From positions 100,231 through 164,230 of the forward strand of contig CAVWBK010000005.1 of NCBI GenBank assembly GCA_963753245.1: a stretch of 64,000 nucleotides of DNA, given 5' to 3'. Shown one piece after another: positions 1-11,494 of the stretch. The notes under the pieces were generated by a model. It made no database searches. It had not been told where the DNA came from and worked only from the letters and a program-made list of their open reading frames with translations. Numbering within the stretch: position 1 is the stretch's first letter; each line of letters begins with the position of its first letter. The position numbers were made by a program, and so were the translations under genes. Source of the stretch: an uncultured Solirubrobacterales bacterium (GTDB lineage: Bacteria; Actinomycetota; Thermoleophilia; Solirubrobacterales; 70-9).

Positions 1-100
1 CGATCGCCTGATCGTCTCGCCGGTCCACATCGACCGTTCCCAGCAGTTGCACACGCTCGAGCGTCTCGCCTCAATGGCGGCTCTCGGCGCCTCGGCCTGA
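1..100 (+). CDS. 3' end of an unidentified CDS entering from upstream (partial)
   Basis: Frame 2 is open from the window edge to TGA at 98-100 (..HTLERLASMAALGASA*). Too short to identify. Confidence 0.2.
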   Translation, partial: DRLIVSPVHIDRSQQLHTLERLASMAALGASA

Positions 101-130
101 TCGGTTGTCGTAGTCTCCCGCGCCGTTGAG

Positions 131-1249
131 ATGAAGATCGGAGTTCCGAAAGAGACGGCCGAAGGGGAGCGGCGCGTGGCGCTCGTCCCTGACGTGGTCA
201 AATCGCTGAAGCGCAACGAGAAGCTCGAGGTCATCGTCGAGCCCGGTGCCGGGCTGGCGGCCGGTCACCCCGACTGCCAATACGAGGAGGCCGGCGCCGA
301 GTTGGGCGAGGCCGCGGCCTGCTGGAGCGCCGATCTGGTCCTCCGTGTTGCCGTCCCCTCGCTCGAGGACATCGGCCGGCTCCAAGCCAAGCAGCTGCTG
401 ATCGGCCACCTGGCGCCCTGGACCGCAGCTGAGACCAATCAGGCCCTCGCCGCCGCGGGGGTGACCAGCTTCGCGATGGAGGCGATCCCGCGCACGACGC
501 GTGCCCAGGCGATGGACGCGCTCTCCTCGCAGGCCGCCGCCGCCGGTTATGCCGCGACCCTGATCGCCGCCCGTGAGTCGGGCCGCTTCTTCGGGATGAT
601 GACGACCGCCGCTGGCACGGTCCCGCCCGCCAAGGCGCTCGTGCTCGGCGCCGGTGTCGCCGGCCTGCAGGCGATCGCCACCGCGAAGCGCCTCGGCGCG
701 ATCGTCACCGGCTTTGACATCCGCCGCGCCGCCTGGGAGCAGATCGGCTCGCTCGGTGGTCGGCCCTTGGAATTGGACTTCATCCCCGACGCCGAGGGCG
801 AGGGCGGTTATGCCCGCCCGCTGACCGAGGAGGAGAACGCCCAGGTGCGCGAGGCGCTCGGCAAGAACGCCGCCAAACAGGACATCGTGATCACCACGGC
901 GGCGATTCCCGGTCGCCCGGCACCGCTGCTGATCACCGCTGCGGCGGTGCGCGCCATGCAGCCCGGCTCGGTGATCGTCGATCTCGCCGCCGAGAGCGGC
1001 GGCAACTGTGAGCTGACCGTCGCCGGAGAGACGATCACCGAGGGCGGCGTCAAGGTGATCGGGCCGCGCAACCTGGCAAGCGAGATGCCCGCGCCCGCCT
1101 CCCAGCTCTATGCAAAGAACCTTGAGAACCTGCTCGGCCTCCTGGTCAGCGCCGAGGGCGAGCTCAATCTCGACTTCGAGGACGACATCATCGCCGCCGC
1201 CTGCATCACCGATGGCGGCGAGATTAGGAACGAGCGGGCGGCCAGGTAA
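131..1249 (+). CDS. pntAA: NAD(P) transhydrogenase subunit alpha part 1 (dI domain)
   Basis: 372-aa ORF starting MKIGVPKETAEGERRVALVP with Rossmann motif LVLGAGVAGLQAI. The small membrane alpha-2 subunit and the beta subunit follow directly. Confidence 0.9.
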   Translation: MKIGVPKETAEGERRVALVPDVVKSLKRNEKLEVIVEPGAGLAAGHPDCQYEEAGAELGEAAACWSADLVLRVAVPSLEDIGRLQAKQLLIGHLAPWTAAETNQALAAAGVTSFAMEAIPRTTRAQAMDALSSQAAAAGYAATLIAARESGRFFGMMTTAAGTVPPAKALVLGAGVAGLQAIATAKRLGAIVTGFDIRRAAWEQIGSLGGRPLELDFIPDAEGEGGYARPLTEEENAQVREALGKNAAKQDIVITTAAIPGRPAPLLITAAAVRAMQPGSVIVDLAAESGGNCELTVAGETITEGGVKVIGPRNLASEMPAPASQLYAKNLENLLGLLVSAEGELNLDFEDDIIAAACITDGGEIRNERAAR

Positions 1250-1554
1250 ATGACCCTTTTCAGTGAGATCACGATCTTCGTCCTCGCCGCCTTCGTCGGC
1301 TTCGAGGTGATCTCCAAGGTGCCGACGACCCTCCACACGCCGCTGATGTCGCAGACCAACGCGATTCACGGGATCGTGATGTTGGGCGGGCTGATCGTGG
1401 TCGGTTACGCCAACGATCCACTCGAGTACGTGATCGGCACGATCGCGATCACCTTTGGCGCGATCAACATCGTCGGCGGTTTCATGGTCACCGACCGGAT
1501 GCTCGGCATGTTCTCCAAAAAGCCGAAACCAAAGGACGATGGAAAGGCTGAGAA

Positions 1555-1558
<4 letters not shown>
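1250..1558 (+). CDS. pntAB: NAD(P) transhydrogenase subunit alpha part 2 (membrane)
   Basis: 102-aa hydrophobic ORF. Its ATG lies immediately after the pntAA stop. Contains the typical HTPLMSQTNAIHGIV segment. Confidence 0.85.
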
Positions 1559-2976
<1,418 letters not shown>

Positions 2977-3126
2977 GTCACCGTCGCCAGTGCTCGCCCC
3001 CGCTGCAGCTCCTCCAAAACTGCAACCGGCGGGGCGCCTGACCCTGAGTGAGCCAGAGATCGCCCGAGTCGGTGCCCGGAGCTCTCACCGCCGCTTCGGG
3101 AAAGATCAGGTCGAACTCGCCAGCGA

Positions 3127-3894
3127 TCATCTGGGCGCCATCCGCAGGGCGCCGTCGAGGCGGATCGTCTCCCCGTTTAGCATCGGGTTGGCGATGATCT
3201 CGGCGACCAGCCGCGCGTACTCCGCCGGGCGCCCAAGGCGAGCGGGGTGGGGGATGTCGGCGCCGAGCGCCTGGCGAGCCTCCGCGGGAAGCGCGGCCAG
3301 CAGCGGGGTATCGAACAGACCGGGCGCGATCGTCACCACGCGGATCCCGCGCCCGGCGAGGTCGCGGGCGGCGGGCAGGGTCATCCCGACGATGCCACCC
3401 TTGGAGGCGGCGTAGGCGATCTGCCCGATCTGCCCGTCGAAGGCGGCGATCGAGGCGGTGTTGACGCAGACCCCGCGCTCGCCCTCGGCATCGGGCTGGT
3501 TGGCGCTCATCGCCGCGGCCGCCTGGCTGAGCAGGTTGAAGGTGCCGATCAGGTTGATCGAGATCACCTTGGCGAACATCTCGAGGTTGTGGGGCCCGCC
3601 CTTGTGGGCGACGCGCTCGGCCCAGCCGACTCCGGCGCAGCAGACCGAGACCCGTAACTCCCTATCGCCCTCAGCGGCTCGCTCGACCGCCGCCGCCACC
3701 GCAGAGCCGTCGGTCACGTCGGTCTCCAGGAAGCTCGCAGCGTCGCCCAGCTCCGCCGCCAGTGCCTCTCCCTTCTCGGCGTTCAGGTCGGCGATTGTGA
3801 CCGTGGCTCCGGCCTCGACCAGCGCCCGGGCGCTCGCCTCACCCAGTCCCGAGGCCCCACCCGCGACGAGCGCCGCTGTTTGATCGATCCGCAT
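3127..3894 (-). CDS. Short-chain dehydrogenase/reductase, 3-hydroxyacyl-CoA dehydrogenase type-2-like
   Basis: Start trimmed to the internal ATG ([18 protein letters not shown]). Catalytic YAASKGG (YxxxK) motif present. The upstream part of the 326-aa ORF is Arg/Ser-rich and looks non-coding. Confidence 0.8.
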   Translation of the reverse strand: MRIDQTAALVAGGASGLGEASARALVEAGATVTIADLNAEKGEALAAELGDAASFLETDVTDGSAVAAAVERAAEGDRELRVSVCCAGVGWAERVAHKGGPHNLEMFAKVISINLIGTFNLLSQAAAAMSANQPDAEGERGVCVNTASIAAFDGQIGQIAYAASKGGIVGMTLPAARDLAGRGIRVVTIAPGLFDTPLLAALPAEARQALGADIPHPARLGRPAEYARLVAEIIANPMLNGETIRLDGALRMAPR

Positions 3895-4009
3895 CGCCAG
3901 CCAGCCTAACCACCAAACATCGCTTCGAGCTCGCTTGGTGGGGACCGTCCTCGCACGGATTTCAGTGCCAGCGATCGGACATCTATAGGGTTTTCCTATC
4001 GCCACCGAG

Positions 4010-5122
4010 GTGACGACCAGTTCCGGGGAAGCGATCGCCGAACGTCTCGCCGAGGCGCGGGACCGGACGCTGGAATTGATCGCCCCTCTCGACGACGAGC
4101 AGCTCAACCGTATCTACTCGCCGTTGCTCAGCCCGCTGGCCTGGGATCTGGGGCACATCGCAAATTTCGAGGAGCTCTGGCTGGTGCAGAGGGTCGGCGA
4201 TCGCCAGCCCCTGCACGGCGATCTCGGTCGCTTCTATGACGCGATCGAGAACCCACGCAAGACCCGAGGCGAGCTGCCGATCCTGCGTGATGCCGAGCTG
4301 CGCTCCTACCTCGCCGAGGTGCGCGAGCGCACCCTCGAGGTGCTTGAACGGGTGGACCTCAGCGAGGACGCCGAGGACCCGCTGCTGCGCGCCGGCTTCG
4401 TTTACGAGATGCTGCTCGCCCACGAGCACCAGCACAACGAGACGATGCTGCAGCTGCTGCAGATGGTCGAGGGCTATCAGCCGTTGCGGGCGCCCTTTGG
4501 CCCGGCGACCCAAACCGGTGATCACAGCGAGACGCTCGGCCTTCGGGCCGGCGACTTTGAGATCGGTGCCCTGCCGCTGGCGGCTGGCTTCTCTTATGAC
4601 AACGAGCGCGCCCGCCACTCGGTCGAGCTCGCCGCCTTTGAGATCGACCGGTTGCCGGTCTCAAACGGCGAATACGCCGATTTCCTCGCGGCGACCGGGG
4701 CCGAGGCGCCGATGTACTGGCAGCGAGAGGGCGGCGAGTGGCTGCGGAGCGCGAGCGGCAACCGCCAGCCGATCGATCCCGATCAGCCGGTCGTGCACGT
4801 CTCCTGCCTCGAGGCGGAGGCGTTTGCGCGCTGGGCCGCCAAGCGCCTGCCCAGCGAGCAGGAGTGGGAGGCGGCGCAACCCGAACTCGACGGCCTCGGG
4901 GAGGTCTGGGAATGGACCTCCTCTCGCTTCGCGCCCTACCCGGGCTTTGCGGCCTTCCCCTACCCCGAGTACTCAGAGGTCTTCTTCGGCGAGGACTACA
5001 CGGTCCTGCGCGGCGGCTCATGGGCCACCCACGAAAGCGTCATGCGGCCCAGCTTTCGCAACTGGGACCTGCCCGTGCGGCGTCAGATATTCGCCGGCAT
5101 TCGCTGCGCGAGGGACGCCTGA
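4010..5122 (+). CDS. egtB: Ergothioneine biosynthesis sulfoxide synthase EgtB-like (DinB_2 plus FGE-sulfatase domains)
   Basis: 370 aa with a GTG start. His-rich iron site ([22 protein letters not shown]) and C-terminal FGE/SUMF1-type domain ([16 protein letters not shown]). Directly upstream of egtD. Confidence 0.8.
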   Translation: MTTSSGEAIAERLAEARDRTLELIAPLDDEQLNRIYSPLLSPLAWDLGHIANFEELWLVQRVGDRQPLHGDLGRFYDAIENPRKTRGELPILRDAELRSYLAEVRERTLEVLERVDLSEDAEDPLLRAGFVYEMLLAHEHQHNETMLQLLQMVEGYQPLRAPFGPATQTGDHSETLGLRAGDFEIGALPLAAGFSYDNERARHSVELAAFEIDRLPVSNGEYADFLAATGAEAPMYWQREGGEWLRSASGNRQPIDPDQPVVHVSCLEAEAFARWAAKRLPSEQEWEAAQPELDGLGEVWEWTSSRFAPYPGFAAFPYPEYSEVFFGEDYTVLRGGSWATHESVMRPSFRNWDLPVRRQIFAGIRCARDA

Positions 5123-5125
5123 GCG

Positions 5126-6112
5126 ATGACCACGACCGAGCCCCAGATCACGATCGAGGTCCACCTCGACGCCGGTGCGGCCGCCAACATGGCCCGCGAC
5201 ATCCGCCTCGGTCTCTCGGCTCGCTTCAAGGAGCTCTCCCCCAAGTACTTCTATGACGAGCGCGGCTCGCAGCTCTTTGAGCGGATCACCGAGCTCGAGG
5301 AGTACTACCCGACCCGGACCGAGCGCTTGATCCTTGCCAGCGACTCGGCCGAGATCATCGCCGCGGCGGGCGAACCCGCCACCCTGGTCGAGCTCGGCTC
5401 GGGCTCGGCCTCAAAGACGCGTCATCTGCTCAGCGCGATGCGCGGCCTCGGCTGCCTCTCGACCTACGTCCCGGTCGACATCTCCGAAGAGATCACTCAG
5501 GAGACCGCCGCGGCCCTGGTCCGCGAGTACCCGGGACTTGAGATCCACGCTTTGGTCTGTGACTTTGAGCATCACCTCGAGCGGATCCCCGAGCGTGACG
5601 GAGGCCGTCTGATCGCCTTCCTCGGCGGCACGATCGGAAACCTCTACCCCGACGCGCGCCGCGAGTTCCTGGCCCGGATCGCGGCGATGCTCGGAGGCGG
5701 CGATCGCCTGCTTTTGGGCACCGACCTGGTCAAGGAGCGGGTCAGGCTCGAGGCCGCCTACGACGACCCCGGGGGGGTCACCGCGGAATTCAACAAGAAC
5801 GTTCTGCTCGTCCTCAATCGCGAGCTCGGGGCCGATTTTGACCCCGAGGCCTTCGCCCACGTCGCCCGCTATGACGCCGAGGAGGGCCGCATGGACATCC
5901 GCCTGCGTTCCCGCGGCGATCAGCGCGTGCGCCTCGACGGCCTCGACCTCGAGGTGGCCTTCGCCGCCGGGGAGGAGATGCGCACCGAGATCTCCTCGAA
6001 GTTCACCCGCCCCGGACTGGAACGGATCTACGCGGAAGCGGGCCTTCGTCTCGACGCATGGTTCACCGACCCCGCCGCCGACTACGCGCTCTCGCTGGCG
6101 ACCGCAGTCTAG
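5126..6112 (+). CDS. egtD: L-histidine N-alpha-methyltransferase
   Basis: 328 aa. Hallmark KYFYDERGSQLFERITELEEYYPTRTE and GSGSASKTR SAM-binding motif. Confidence 0.88.
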   Translation: MTTTEPQITIEVHLDAGAAANMARDIRLGLSARFKELSPKYFYDERGSQLFERITELEEYYPTRTERLILASDSAEIIAAAGEPATLVELGSGSASKTRHLLSAMRGLGCLSTYVPVDISEEITQETAAALVREYPGLEIHALVCDFEHHLERIPERDGGRLIAFLGGTIGNLYPDARREFLARIAAMLGGGDRLLLGTDLVKERVRLEAAYDDPGGVTAEFNKNVLLVLNRELGADFDPEAFAHVARYDAEEGRMDIRLRSRGDQRVRLDGLDLEVAFAAGEEMRTEISSKFTRPGLERIYAEAGLRLDAWFTDPAADYALSLATAV

Positions 6113-7038
6113 GGCGCGAGCGCAGCGATCAGCCCACCGAGGCGCTCCGGCGTCGTGATCGGGGTCAGGATCGGCAGGGTGACGCCGCCCTGCACGAAGG
6201 CGTCGATCCGCTCCTTCATCTCCTCCGGTGAGCCGAAGATGAACATCTCCTCGATCAGCTCCCAGGGAGCCGCCGCGGCCGCCGCCGCTCGGTCGCCGGC
6301 CTGCCAGGCGGAGACCATCGGCTCGATCTGCTCGCCATACCCGAGCCAGCGATAGAAGGCCGCATAGACGGGCACGGTGATATAGGAGGAGAACATGAAT
6401 CGGGCCAGAGGCTCTACCGCCTCGCGCTCTCCGGGCAGGCAAAAGAAGCGGCAGAGCAACTCAAAGCCAGCCGGCGCCCCGTCGAGCTGGGCGCTGACCT
6501 TGGGCAGGCCACCCAGCGGCAGGAAGTTGGTGAAGGCCCCATCGGCACCTGAAACCGCGAGCTCGAGCATCTTGCCGCGCAGCGCCGCCAGCACGATCGG
6601 AACCCGCTCGGCGGGGGCGACCTCGAGCTTAAAACCGCTATCTGTGCGCTCGCCATCGAGGGCCAGGCGCAGGAAATCGAGCGTCTCGTGGACCCGGCTC
6701 AGCGGCTTTTGGAAGGGGATCCCATTCCAGCCTTCGACGATCCGATCCGAGGAGGAGCCGATGCCGAGCACAAAGCGCCCGCCGGAGGCGTCGGCGAGCG
6801 CCGCCGCCTCCTGGGCGAGAAGGGCCGGCCCGCGCTGAAAGACACCGACGATTCCGGTGCCCAGCCGAGCCTCGGTGGTCCAGGCGGCACCAAGCGCCAG
6901 TGGCGTGAAGCCGTCGGGCCCGTTTGTCTCACCACTCCAGAGGTCGGTGTAGCCGGCGGCCTCAGCGGCCTTGACCAGCTGCTCGTGCTCGGCGAGCGGC
7001 GTCCCCGGCAACGGCAGCGTCAGTCCCCAGCGCTTCAT
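6109..7038 (-). CDS. LLM-class (luciferase-like) oxidoreductase, possibly F420-dependent
   Basis: Start trimmed to MKRWGLTLPLPG. TIM-barrel LLM-type sequence (GYTDLWSGE, RFVLGIGSS). The upstream 122 codons of the ORF overlap glpX and look non-coding. Confidence 0.7.
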   Translation of the reverse strand: MKRWGLTLPLPGTPLAEHEQLVKAAEAAGYTDLWSGETNGPDGFTPLALGAAWTTEARLGTGIVGVFQRGPALLAQEAAALADASGGRFVLGIGSSSDRIVEGWNGIPFQKPLSRVHETLDFLRLALDGERTDSGFKLEVAPAERVPIVLAALRGKMLELAVSGADGAFTNFLPLGGLPKVSAQLDGAPAGFELLCRFFCLPGEREAVEPLARFMFSSYITVPVYAAFYRWLGYGEQIEPMVSAWQAGDRAAAAAAAPWELIEEMFIFGSPEEMKERIDAFVQGGVTLPILTPITTPERLGGLIAALAP

Positions 7039-7096
7039 CGCTTTGGACCCTACCTTCGCGATCCGATCAGCGCCGATCACGGGTAGGGTTCGAGCG

Positions 7097-8089
7097 ATGG
7101 GGGAGAGTCCAAAGCCCGACCGAAATCTTGCCCTGGAGCTGGTCCGCGTGACCGAGGCCGCGGCGCTGGCTGCCGCACGCTGGGTCGGACGCGGCGACAA
7201 GATCGCCGCCGACGGTGCCGCGGTTGACGCGATGCGCTTCGTCTTGGACTCGGTGGCGATGGATGGTGTGGTCGTGATCGGCGAGGGTGAGAAGGACGAA
7301 GCACCAATGCTCTTCAACGGCGAGCAGATCGGCGACGGCAGCCCGCCGGTCGTCGACATCGCGGTCGATCCGCTCGAGGGCACAACGCTCTGCGCGCGCG
7401 GCATGCCGAGCGCGCTGGCGGTGATCGCCCTCGCCGAGCGCGGCTCGATGTTTGACCCCGGACCGTGTGTCTACATGGAAAAGATCGCCGGCGGCGAGGA
7501 GATCGCCGATCTGCTCGATCTCGACCGGCCCCTGCCCGAGACCCTGAATCTGATCGCCGAGCGCAAGGGGGGCAGCGTCGGGGACGTGATCGTCGTGATG
7601 CTCGACCGACCCCGCCACGAGCAGGCGATGGGCGAAGTGCGCGAGGCCGGTGCCCGGATCAAGCTGATCTCAGATGGCGATGTCTCAGCCGCGCTGCTCG
7701 CGGTCAGCGAACGCTCCCCGGTTGACCTGCTCTGGGGCATCGGCGGGACGCCCGAGGGAGTGCTCTCCGCGGCCGCTCTGAAGTCGATGGGCGGACAGCT
7801 CCTCGGTCGCCTCTGGCCACGCGATGACGATGAGCGCCAGGCCGCGATCGAGGCCGGCTATGACCTCGATCGCATCCTCACCGCGGATCAGCTCTGCGCC
7901 GGCGAGGACGTCTTCTTCTCGGCGACCGGCGTCACCGATGGCGATGTGTTGCAGGGCGTGCGCTACCGCGGTCCCGGCGCGACCACGGAGTCACTTGTGA
8001 TGCGCTCACGCTCGGGCACCGTGCGCCGCGTGCACGCCCGCCATGATCGCTCCAAGCTGCGCCAGATCATCGGCGAGCGCTACGGCTAG
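7097..8089 (+). CDS. glpX: Class II fructose-1,6-bisphosphatase
   Basis: Start trimmed to MGESPKPDRNLALELVRVTEAAALAAARWVGRGDK. Conserved DPLEGTT and GIGGTPEGV motifs. Confidence 0.9.
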   Translation: MGESPKPDRNLALELVRVTEAAALAAARWVGRGDKIAADGAAVDAMRFVLDSVAMDGVVVIGEGEKDEAPMLFNGEQIGDGSPPVVDIAVDPLEGTTLCARGMPSALAVIALAERGSMFDPGPCVYMEKIAGGEEIADLLDLDRPLPETLNLIAERKGGSVGDVIVVMLDRPRHEQAMGEVREAGARIKLISDGDVSAALLAVSERSPVDLLWGIGGTPEGVLSAAALKSMGGQLLGRLWPRDDDERQAAIEAGYDLDRILTADQLCAGEDVFFSATGVTDGDVLQGVRYRGPGATTESLVMRSRSGTVRRVHARHDRSKLRQIIGERYG

Positions 8090-8982
8090 CCCTGTTCGCA
8101 GCCGCAGGGTGGTTGTGGCTTCGACGCCCCCTTGGCATAGGGCATTTCGCCCGTTTCGCGAAGCTCGTGGCGAAGGCTGTTGATCACCGCGCCGGCCAGC
8201 ATCCCGAGGCTCAGCAGATAGAACCAGAGCAGGGCGATCAAGATGAAGCCGAGGGTCGAGCCAAAGCGCGAGAGGCTCGAGACATTTGAGAGGTAGATCG
8301 GGAACAGCCAGTTGGCGATCGTCGCCGCGATCGTGACGAAGAGCGCTCCCGGCCAGACGGCCCGCCAGGGCATATGCCCTTTGGGCACCGCCCAGAAGAT
8401 CACGCAGCAGATTCCGAAGGTGATCAAAACGGCGGCTCCGAGCAGCGCGGCGGTGCCGATCGCCTTGATATCGGCGAGCCCGAAGGGCAGCCTGTCGGTG
8501 CTGGTCACGATCCCGCTCTCCAGGGCCGGCACGAAGATGCTGGCGGCGATGAAGAGGAGGACGACGCCGAGCATCGTGAAGGAGAAGCGCTTCTGCTCGA
8601 TCCAGCCACGGCACTCGACGTGGTAGATGCGACAAAAGGCGGTGTCCATCGCCCCCCAAAAAGAGGCGCCGATCCACAGCGAGCCGACGAAGGCGGCGAT
8701 CCCGATCGTGGTCGAGTTGTCCTCGATCCGGACCAGGGCGTCGGTCAGGGTCTGCTGCTCCACGTTTGGGAACAATCGTTTTAGGTCGCTGAGCACGCTG
8801 GTCTCGACCCCGCCAATTTTCAGTACCTGGCCGAAGACGAAGAGCACGAGCAGGGCGAAGGGGAAGACCGCCAGCATCAGGTTGTAGGCGACCATCGCCG
8901 AGAGCCCGGTGACGTTCTCGCGATAGGCCCGGTTCCAGAAGGCGCGCAGCCACGACCGGGCTTTTTGGGGGGAATTTGGCAT
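8086..8982 (-). CDS. YihY/BrkB family membrane protein
   Basis: 298 aa, multi-TM. N-terminal signature SAMVAYNLMLAVFPFALLVLF. Confidence 0.8.
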   Translation of the reverse strand: MPNSPQKARSWLRAFWNRAYRENVTGLSAMVAYNLMLAVFPFALLVLFVFGQVLKIGGVETSVLSDLKRLFPNVEQQTLTDALVRIEDNSTTIGIAAFVGSLWIGASFWGAMDTAFCRIYHVECRGWIEQKRFSFTMLGVVLLFIAASIFVPALESGIVTSTDRLPFGLADIKAIGTAALLGAAVLITFGICCVIFWAVPKGHMPWRAVWPGALFVTIAATIANWLFPIYLSNVSSLSRFGSTLGFILIALLWFYLLSLGMLAGAVINSLRHELRETGEMPYAKGASKPQPPCGCEQG

Positions 8983-9009
8983 TGACTTCAGAAAGTGAAG
9001 CGCTAAAAT
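8982..9009 (+). promoter_or_regulatory. Near-consensus sigma-70-type promoter (TTGACT-N16-TAAAAT)
   Basis: TTGACT at 8982-8987 and TAAAAT at 9004-9009. This is a striking AT-rich match in a GC-rich genome and it overlaps the yihY start codon on the other strand. Confidence 0.5.
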
Positions 9010-9015
9010 GCGAAC

Positions 9016-9108
9016 AGGCGTTTGAGTGGTCGTCTCATGGCGCCGGTCGACATGCTTCGTAGCGCAGAGTAGTTTTATTCGCGGACCGGACCGCCGGTCC
9101 GTTTTTTC
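9016..9108 (+). ncRNA. Candidate ~90-nt small RNA or transcription-attenuating leader upstream of sigA
   Basis: Bounded by the promoter at 8982-9009 and the intrinsic terminator at 9082-9107. Contains an 11-codon mini-ORF at 9037-9072. No family recognised. Confidence 0.3.
9082..9107 (+). terminator. Intrinsic terminator (8-bp GC stem, ACCG loop, T6 tail)
   Basis: CGGACCGG (9082-9089) pairs with CCGGTCCG (9094-9101), followed by TTTTTT at 9102-9107. The T-run exists only on the plus strand. Confidence 0.6.
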
Positions 9109-9182
9109 GCGACTTTCAGCCCCCGGTGGCCTTTATAGGGTCACGGTTAAACATTCGAGCGCAAGGGAATGAGTAAGAACAG

Positions 9183-10289
9183 ATGCTGGTAGCTGAGCTT
9201 CAAGAGCTTGAGGAGGTAAAAGGCCTGATCACCCGCGGGCAGCAGCTCGGGGTGCTCACCTTCGGAGACATCGCCTCCGCGGTGTCTGAGGTGGACCTGG
9301 ATGAGTCCGACGTCGAGGACCTCTACGGGCACCTCGAGAAGTCGGGGATCGAGCTCGTCGAGGACATGGATCCGGCGCAGAAAGCTGCCGCCGAAGCGAT
9401 GCCCGAACCGACCGGGAAAAAAGGCCGTCGCCGCCAGAAACAGGCACTCGACCTGAAACCGGACATGACCACCGATTCCCTGCAGTTGTTCCTCAAGGAC
9501 ATCGGCAAGGTCCGTCTGCTCACCGCCCAGGAGGAGGTTGAACTCGCCAAGCGCATCGAGCGCGGCGATCTCGACGCGAAGCAGAAAATGGTCGAGTCCA
9601 ACCTGCGCCTGGTCGTCTCGATCGCCAAGAACTACCGCAACCAGGGACTGCCGTTCCTCGACCTGATTCAAGAGGGGACGCTGGGCCTGGTCCGCGCCGC
9701 GGAGAAGTTCGACTACCGCAAGGGCTTTAAGTTCTCGACCTATGCGACCTGGTGGATTCGCCAGGCGATCGCCCGAGCGCTGGCCGACAAGGCGCGCACG
9801 ATCCGGATCCCGGTGCATGTGGTCGAGAAGCTCAACAAGATCGGTCGTGCCGAGCGCAAGCTGGTCACCGAGCTGGGCCGCGAGCCGACCCCCGAGGAGA
9901 TCGCCGAGGTCACCGGCATCGATCCTGAGGAGGTCGACTCGATCAAGCGCTCCGCCCAGGCCCCGGTCTCGCTGGAGAAGCCGGTCGGTGATGAGGAGGA
10001 GTCGGAGTTCGGCCAGTTCATTGCCGATGAGAAGGCCGAGTCCCCGTTTGATCGGGCGGCTGACCTGCTCACCAAAGAGGCCCTCAAGGAAGCATTGGAG
10101 AATCTCTCCTACCGCGAGCGGCGTGTTCTGGAGCTCCGTTACGGGCTCGGCGGCGAGCATCCTCGCACTCTCGATGAGGTCGGGCGCACCTTCAACGTCA
10201 CCCGCGAGCGGATCCGCCAGATCGAGAATCAGAGCCTGAAGAAGCTCCAACAGCTGGGCGAAGCGCAGAAACTCAGGGAAGTAACCTGA
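9183..10289 (+). CDS. sigA: Principal RNA polymerase sigma factor (RpoD/SigA family)
   Basis: 368 aa. Regions 1.2-4.2 present ([47 protein letters not shown]). Confidence 0.92.
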   Translation: MLVAELQELEEVKGLITRGQQLGVLTFGDIASAVSEVDLDESDVEDLYGHLEKSGIELVEDMDPAQKAAAEAMPEPTGKKGRRRQKQALDLKPDMTTDSLQLFLKDIGKVRLLTAQEEVELAKRIERGDLDAKQKMVESNLRLVVSIAKNYRNQGLPFLDLIQEGTLGLVRAAEKFDYRKGFKFSTYATWWIRQAIARALADKARTIRIPVHVVEKLNKIGRAERKLVTELGREPTPEEIAEVTGIDPEEVDSIKRSAQAPVSLEKPVGDEEESEFGQFIADEKAESPFDRAADLLTKEALKEALENLSYRERRVLELRYGLGGEHPRTLDEVGRTFNVTRERIRQIENQSLKKLQQLGEAQKLREVT

Positions 10290-10312
10290 GCGCCCGGCGC
10301 CGCGCCGGGCGC
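10290..10312 (+). terminator. Perfect 10-bp GC hairpin directly after the sigA stop
   Basis: GCGCCCGGCG (10290-10299), CCG loop, CGCCGGGCGC (10303-10312). Only a weak T tract follows. Confidence 0.45.
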
Positions 10313-10375
10313 CGGCTACTGAATTTCGACTTGCACTGAGCCTTTAGGCATCCGCCCTCACGGCCGATAGAGGTC

Positions 10376-11494
10376 GTGATGTTCGACATCGATACAGCCC
10401 TGCGCACCCTGATCGAGCGGGAGGGGTCTGACCTTCACGTCAAGGTGGCCTCACCGCCGGTCGTCCGCCTGCACGGTGAGCTGGCCCACCTCGAGGGCTA
10501 CGGCGAGCTGAGCGCCGAGGACACCGAGAAGGCCTTTCATGACATTGCCGCGGTCCGCTCGCTGACCGAGTTTGAGGAGGACGGCGAGGCCGATTTCTCC
10601 TACTCGATTCCCAACGTCGCCCGCTTTCGCGTCAACACCTTCAAACAGCGGGGCACGATCTCGATCGTCTGCCGCGCGATTCCGTTCGAGATCCGCTCGA
10701 TCGAGGAACTCGGCCTGCCCGACGTGGTCCGCACCCTGGCCGAAGTGCAGCGCGGGATCGTCCTGGTGACGGGCACCACTGGCTCGGGCAAGTCGACGAC
10801 GCTGGCGGCGATGATCGATCACATCAATCGCACCCGCTCGCGTCACATCGTCACGCTCGAGGACCCGATCGAGTACCTGCACACCGACAAGCACTCGATC
10901 GTCAATCAGCGCGAGATCGGCTCTGACACGGTCAGCTTCGGACGCGCCATGCGCCGAGTCCTGCGCCAGGACCCAGATGTGATCCTGATCGGCGAGATGC
11001 GCGATGAGGAGACTGTGCGCACCGCGCTCTCCGCTGCTGAGACCGGGCACCTGGTGCTCTCCACCGTGCACACCCTGGATGCGACCGAGACGATCAACCG
11101 GATCATCGACTTCTTCCCACCCCACCAGCACCAGCAGGCGCGGGTGATGCTCTCCGCGACCCTGCGCGGCGCGGTCGCTCAGCGACTGGTGCCAGATCTC
11201 TCCGGCGAGGGCCGCGTCCCCGCCTCGGAGATCATGATCGCAACCGGCCGGGTTCAGGACCTGATCCTCAACCCCGAGGAAACCGGCAAGATCACTGAGG
11301 TCATCGCCGAGGGCGAGTTCTACGGGATGCGCACCTTCGATCAGTCGCTGCTCGCCTATGTGATGGAGGGCAAGATCGCCGAGGAGGTCGCCCTCGATGC
11401 TGCCTCCAGCCCCCACGACTTCAAACTGATGCTCTCCGCCCGCGGCCAGCGGGCCAGCGGCTTCGAGCAGCTCAACGAGGAACCGGTGATCTGA
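10376..11494 (+). CDS. PilT-family type IV pilus ATPase paralog (divergent)
   Basis: 372 aa. Walker A GTTGSGKSTT and the PilT/GspE core are present. The AIRNLIREGK signature is replaced by GRVQDLILNPEETGK. Confidence 0.85.
   Translation: MMFDIDTALRTLIEREGSDLHVKVASPPVVRLHGELAHLEGYGELSAEDTEKAFHDIAAVRSLTEFEEDGEADFSYSIPNVARFRVNTFKQRGTISIVCRAIPFEIRSIEELGLPDVVRTLAEVQRGIVLVTGTTGSGKSTTLAAMIDHINRTRSRHIVTLEDPIEYLHTDKHSIVNQREIGSDTVSFGRAMRRVLRQDPDVILIGEMRDEETVRTALSAAETGHLVLSTVHTLDATETINRIIDFFPPHQHQQARVMLSATLRGAVAQRLVPDLSGEGRVPASEIMIATGRVQDLILNPEETGKITEVIAEGEFYGMRTFDQSLLAYVMEGKIAEEVALDAASSPHDFKLMLSARGQRASGFEQLNEEPVI

Noticed and set aside
71-1369. 432-aa minus-strand ORF opposite pntAA/pntAB.
   Set aside because: It is antisense to a clearly conserved transhydrogenase gene. 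Its Arg/Gly/Asp-rich, low-complexity composition is typical of shadow ORFs in high-GC DNA.
6971-7096. N-terminal extensions of the glpX ORF (6971) and of the LLM ORF (to 7404), which would overlap each other by more than 400 nt.
   Set aside because: Internal ATGs at 7097 and 7038 give proteins that start at conserved N-termini and remove the overlap.
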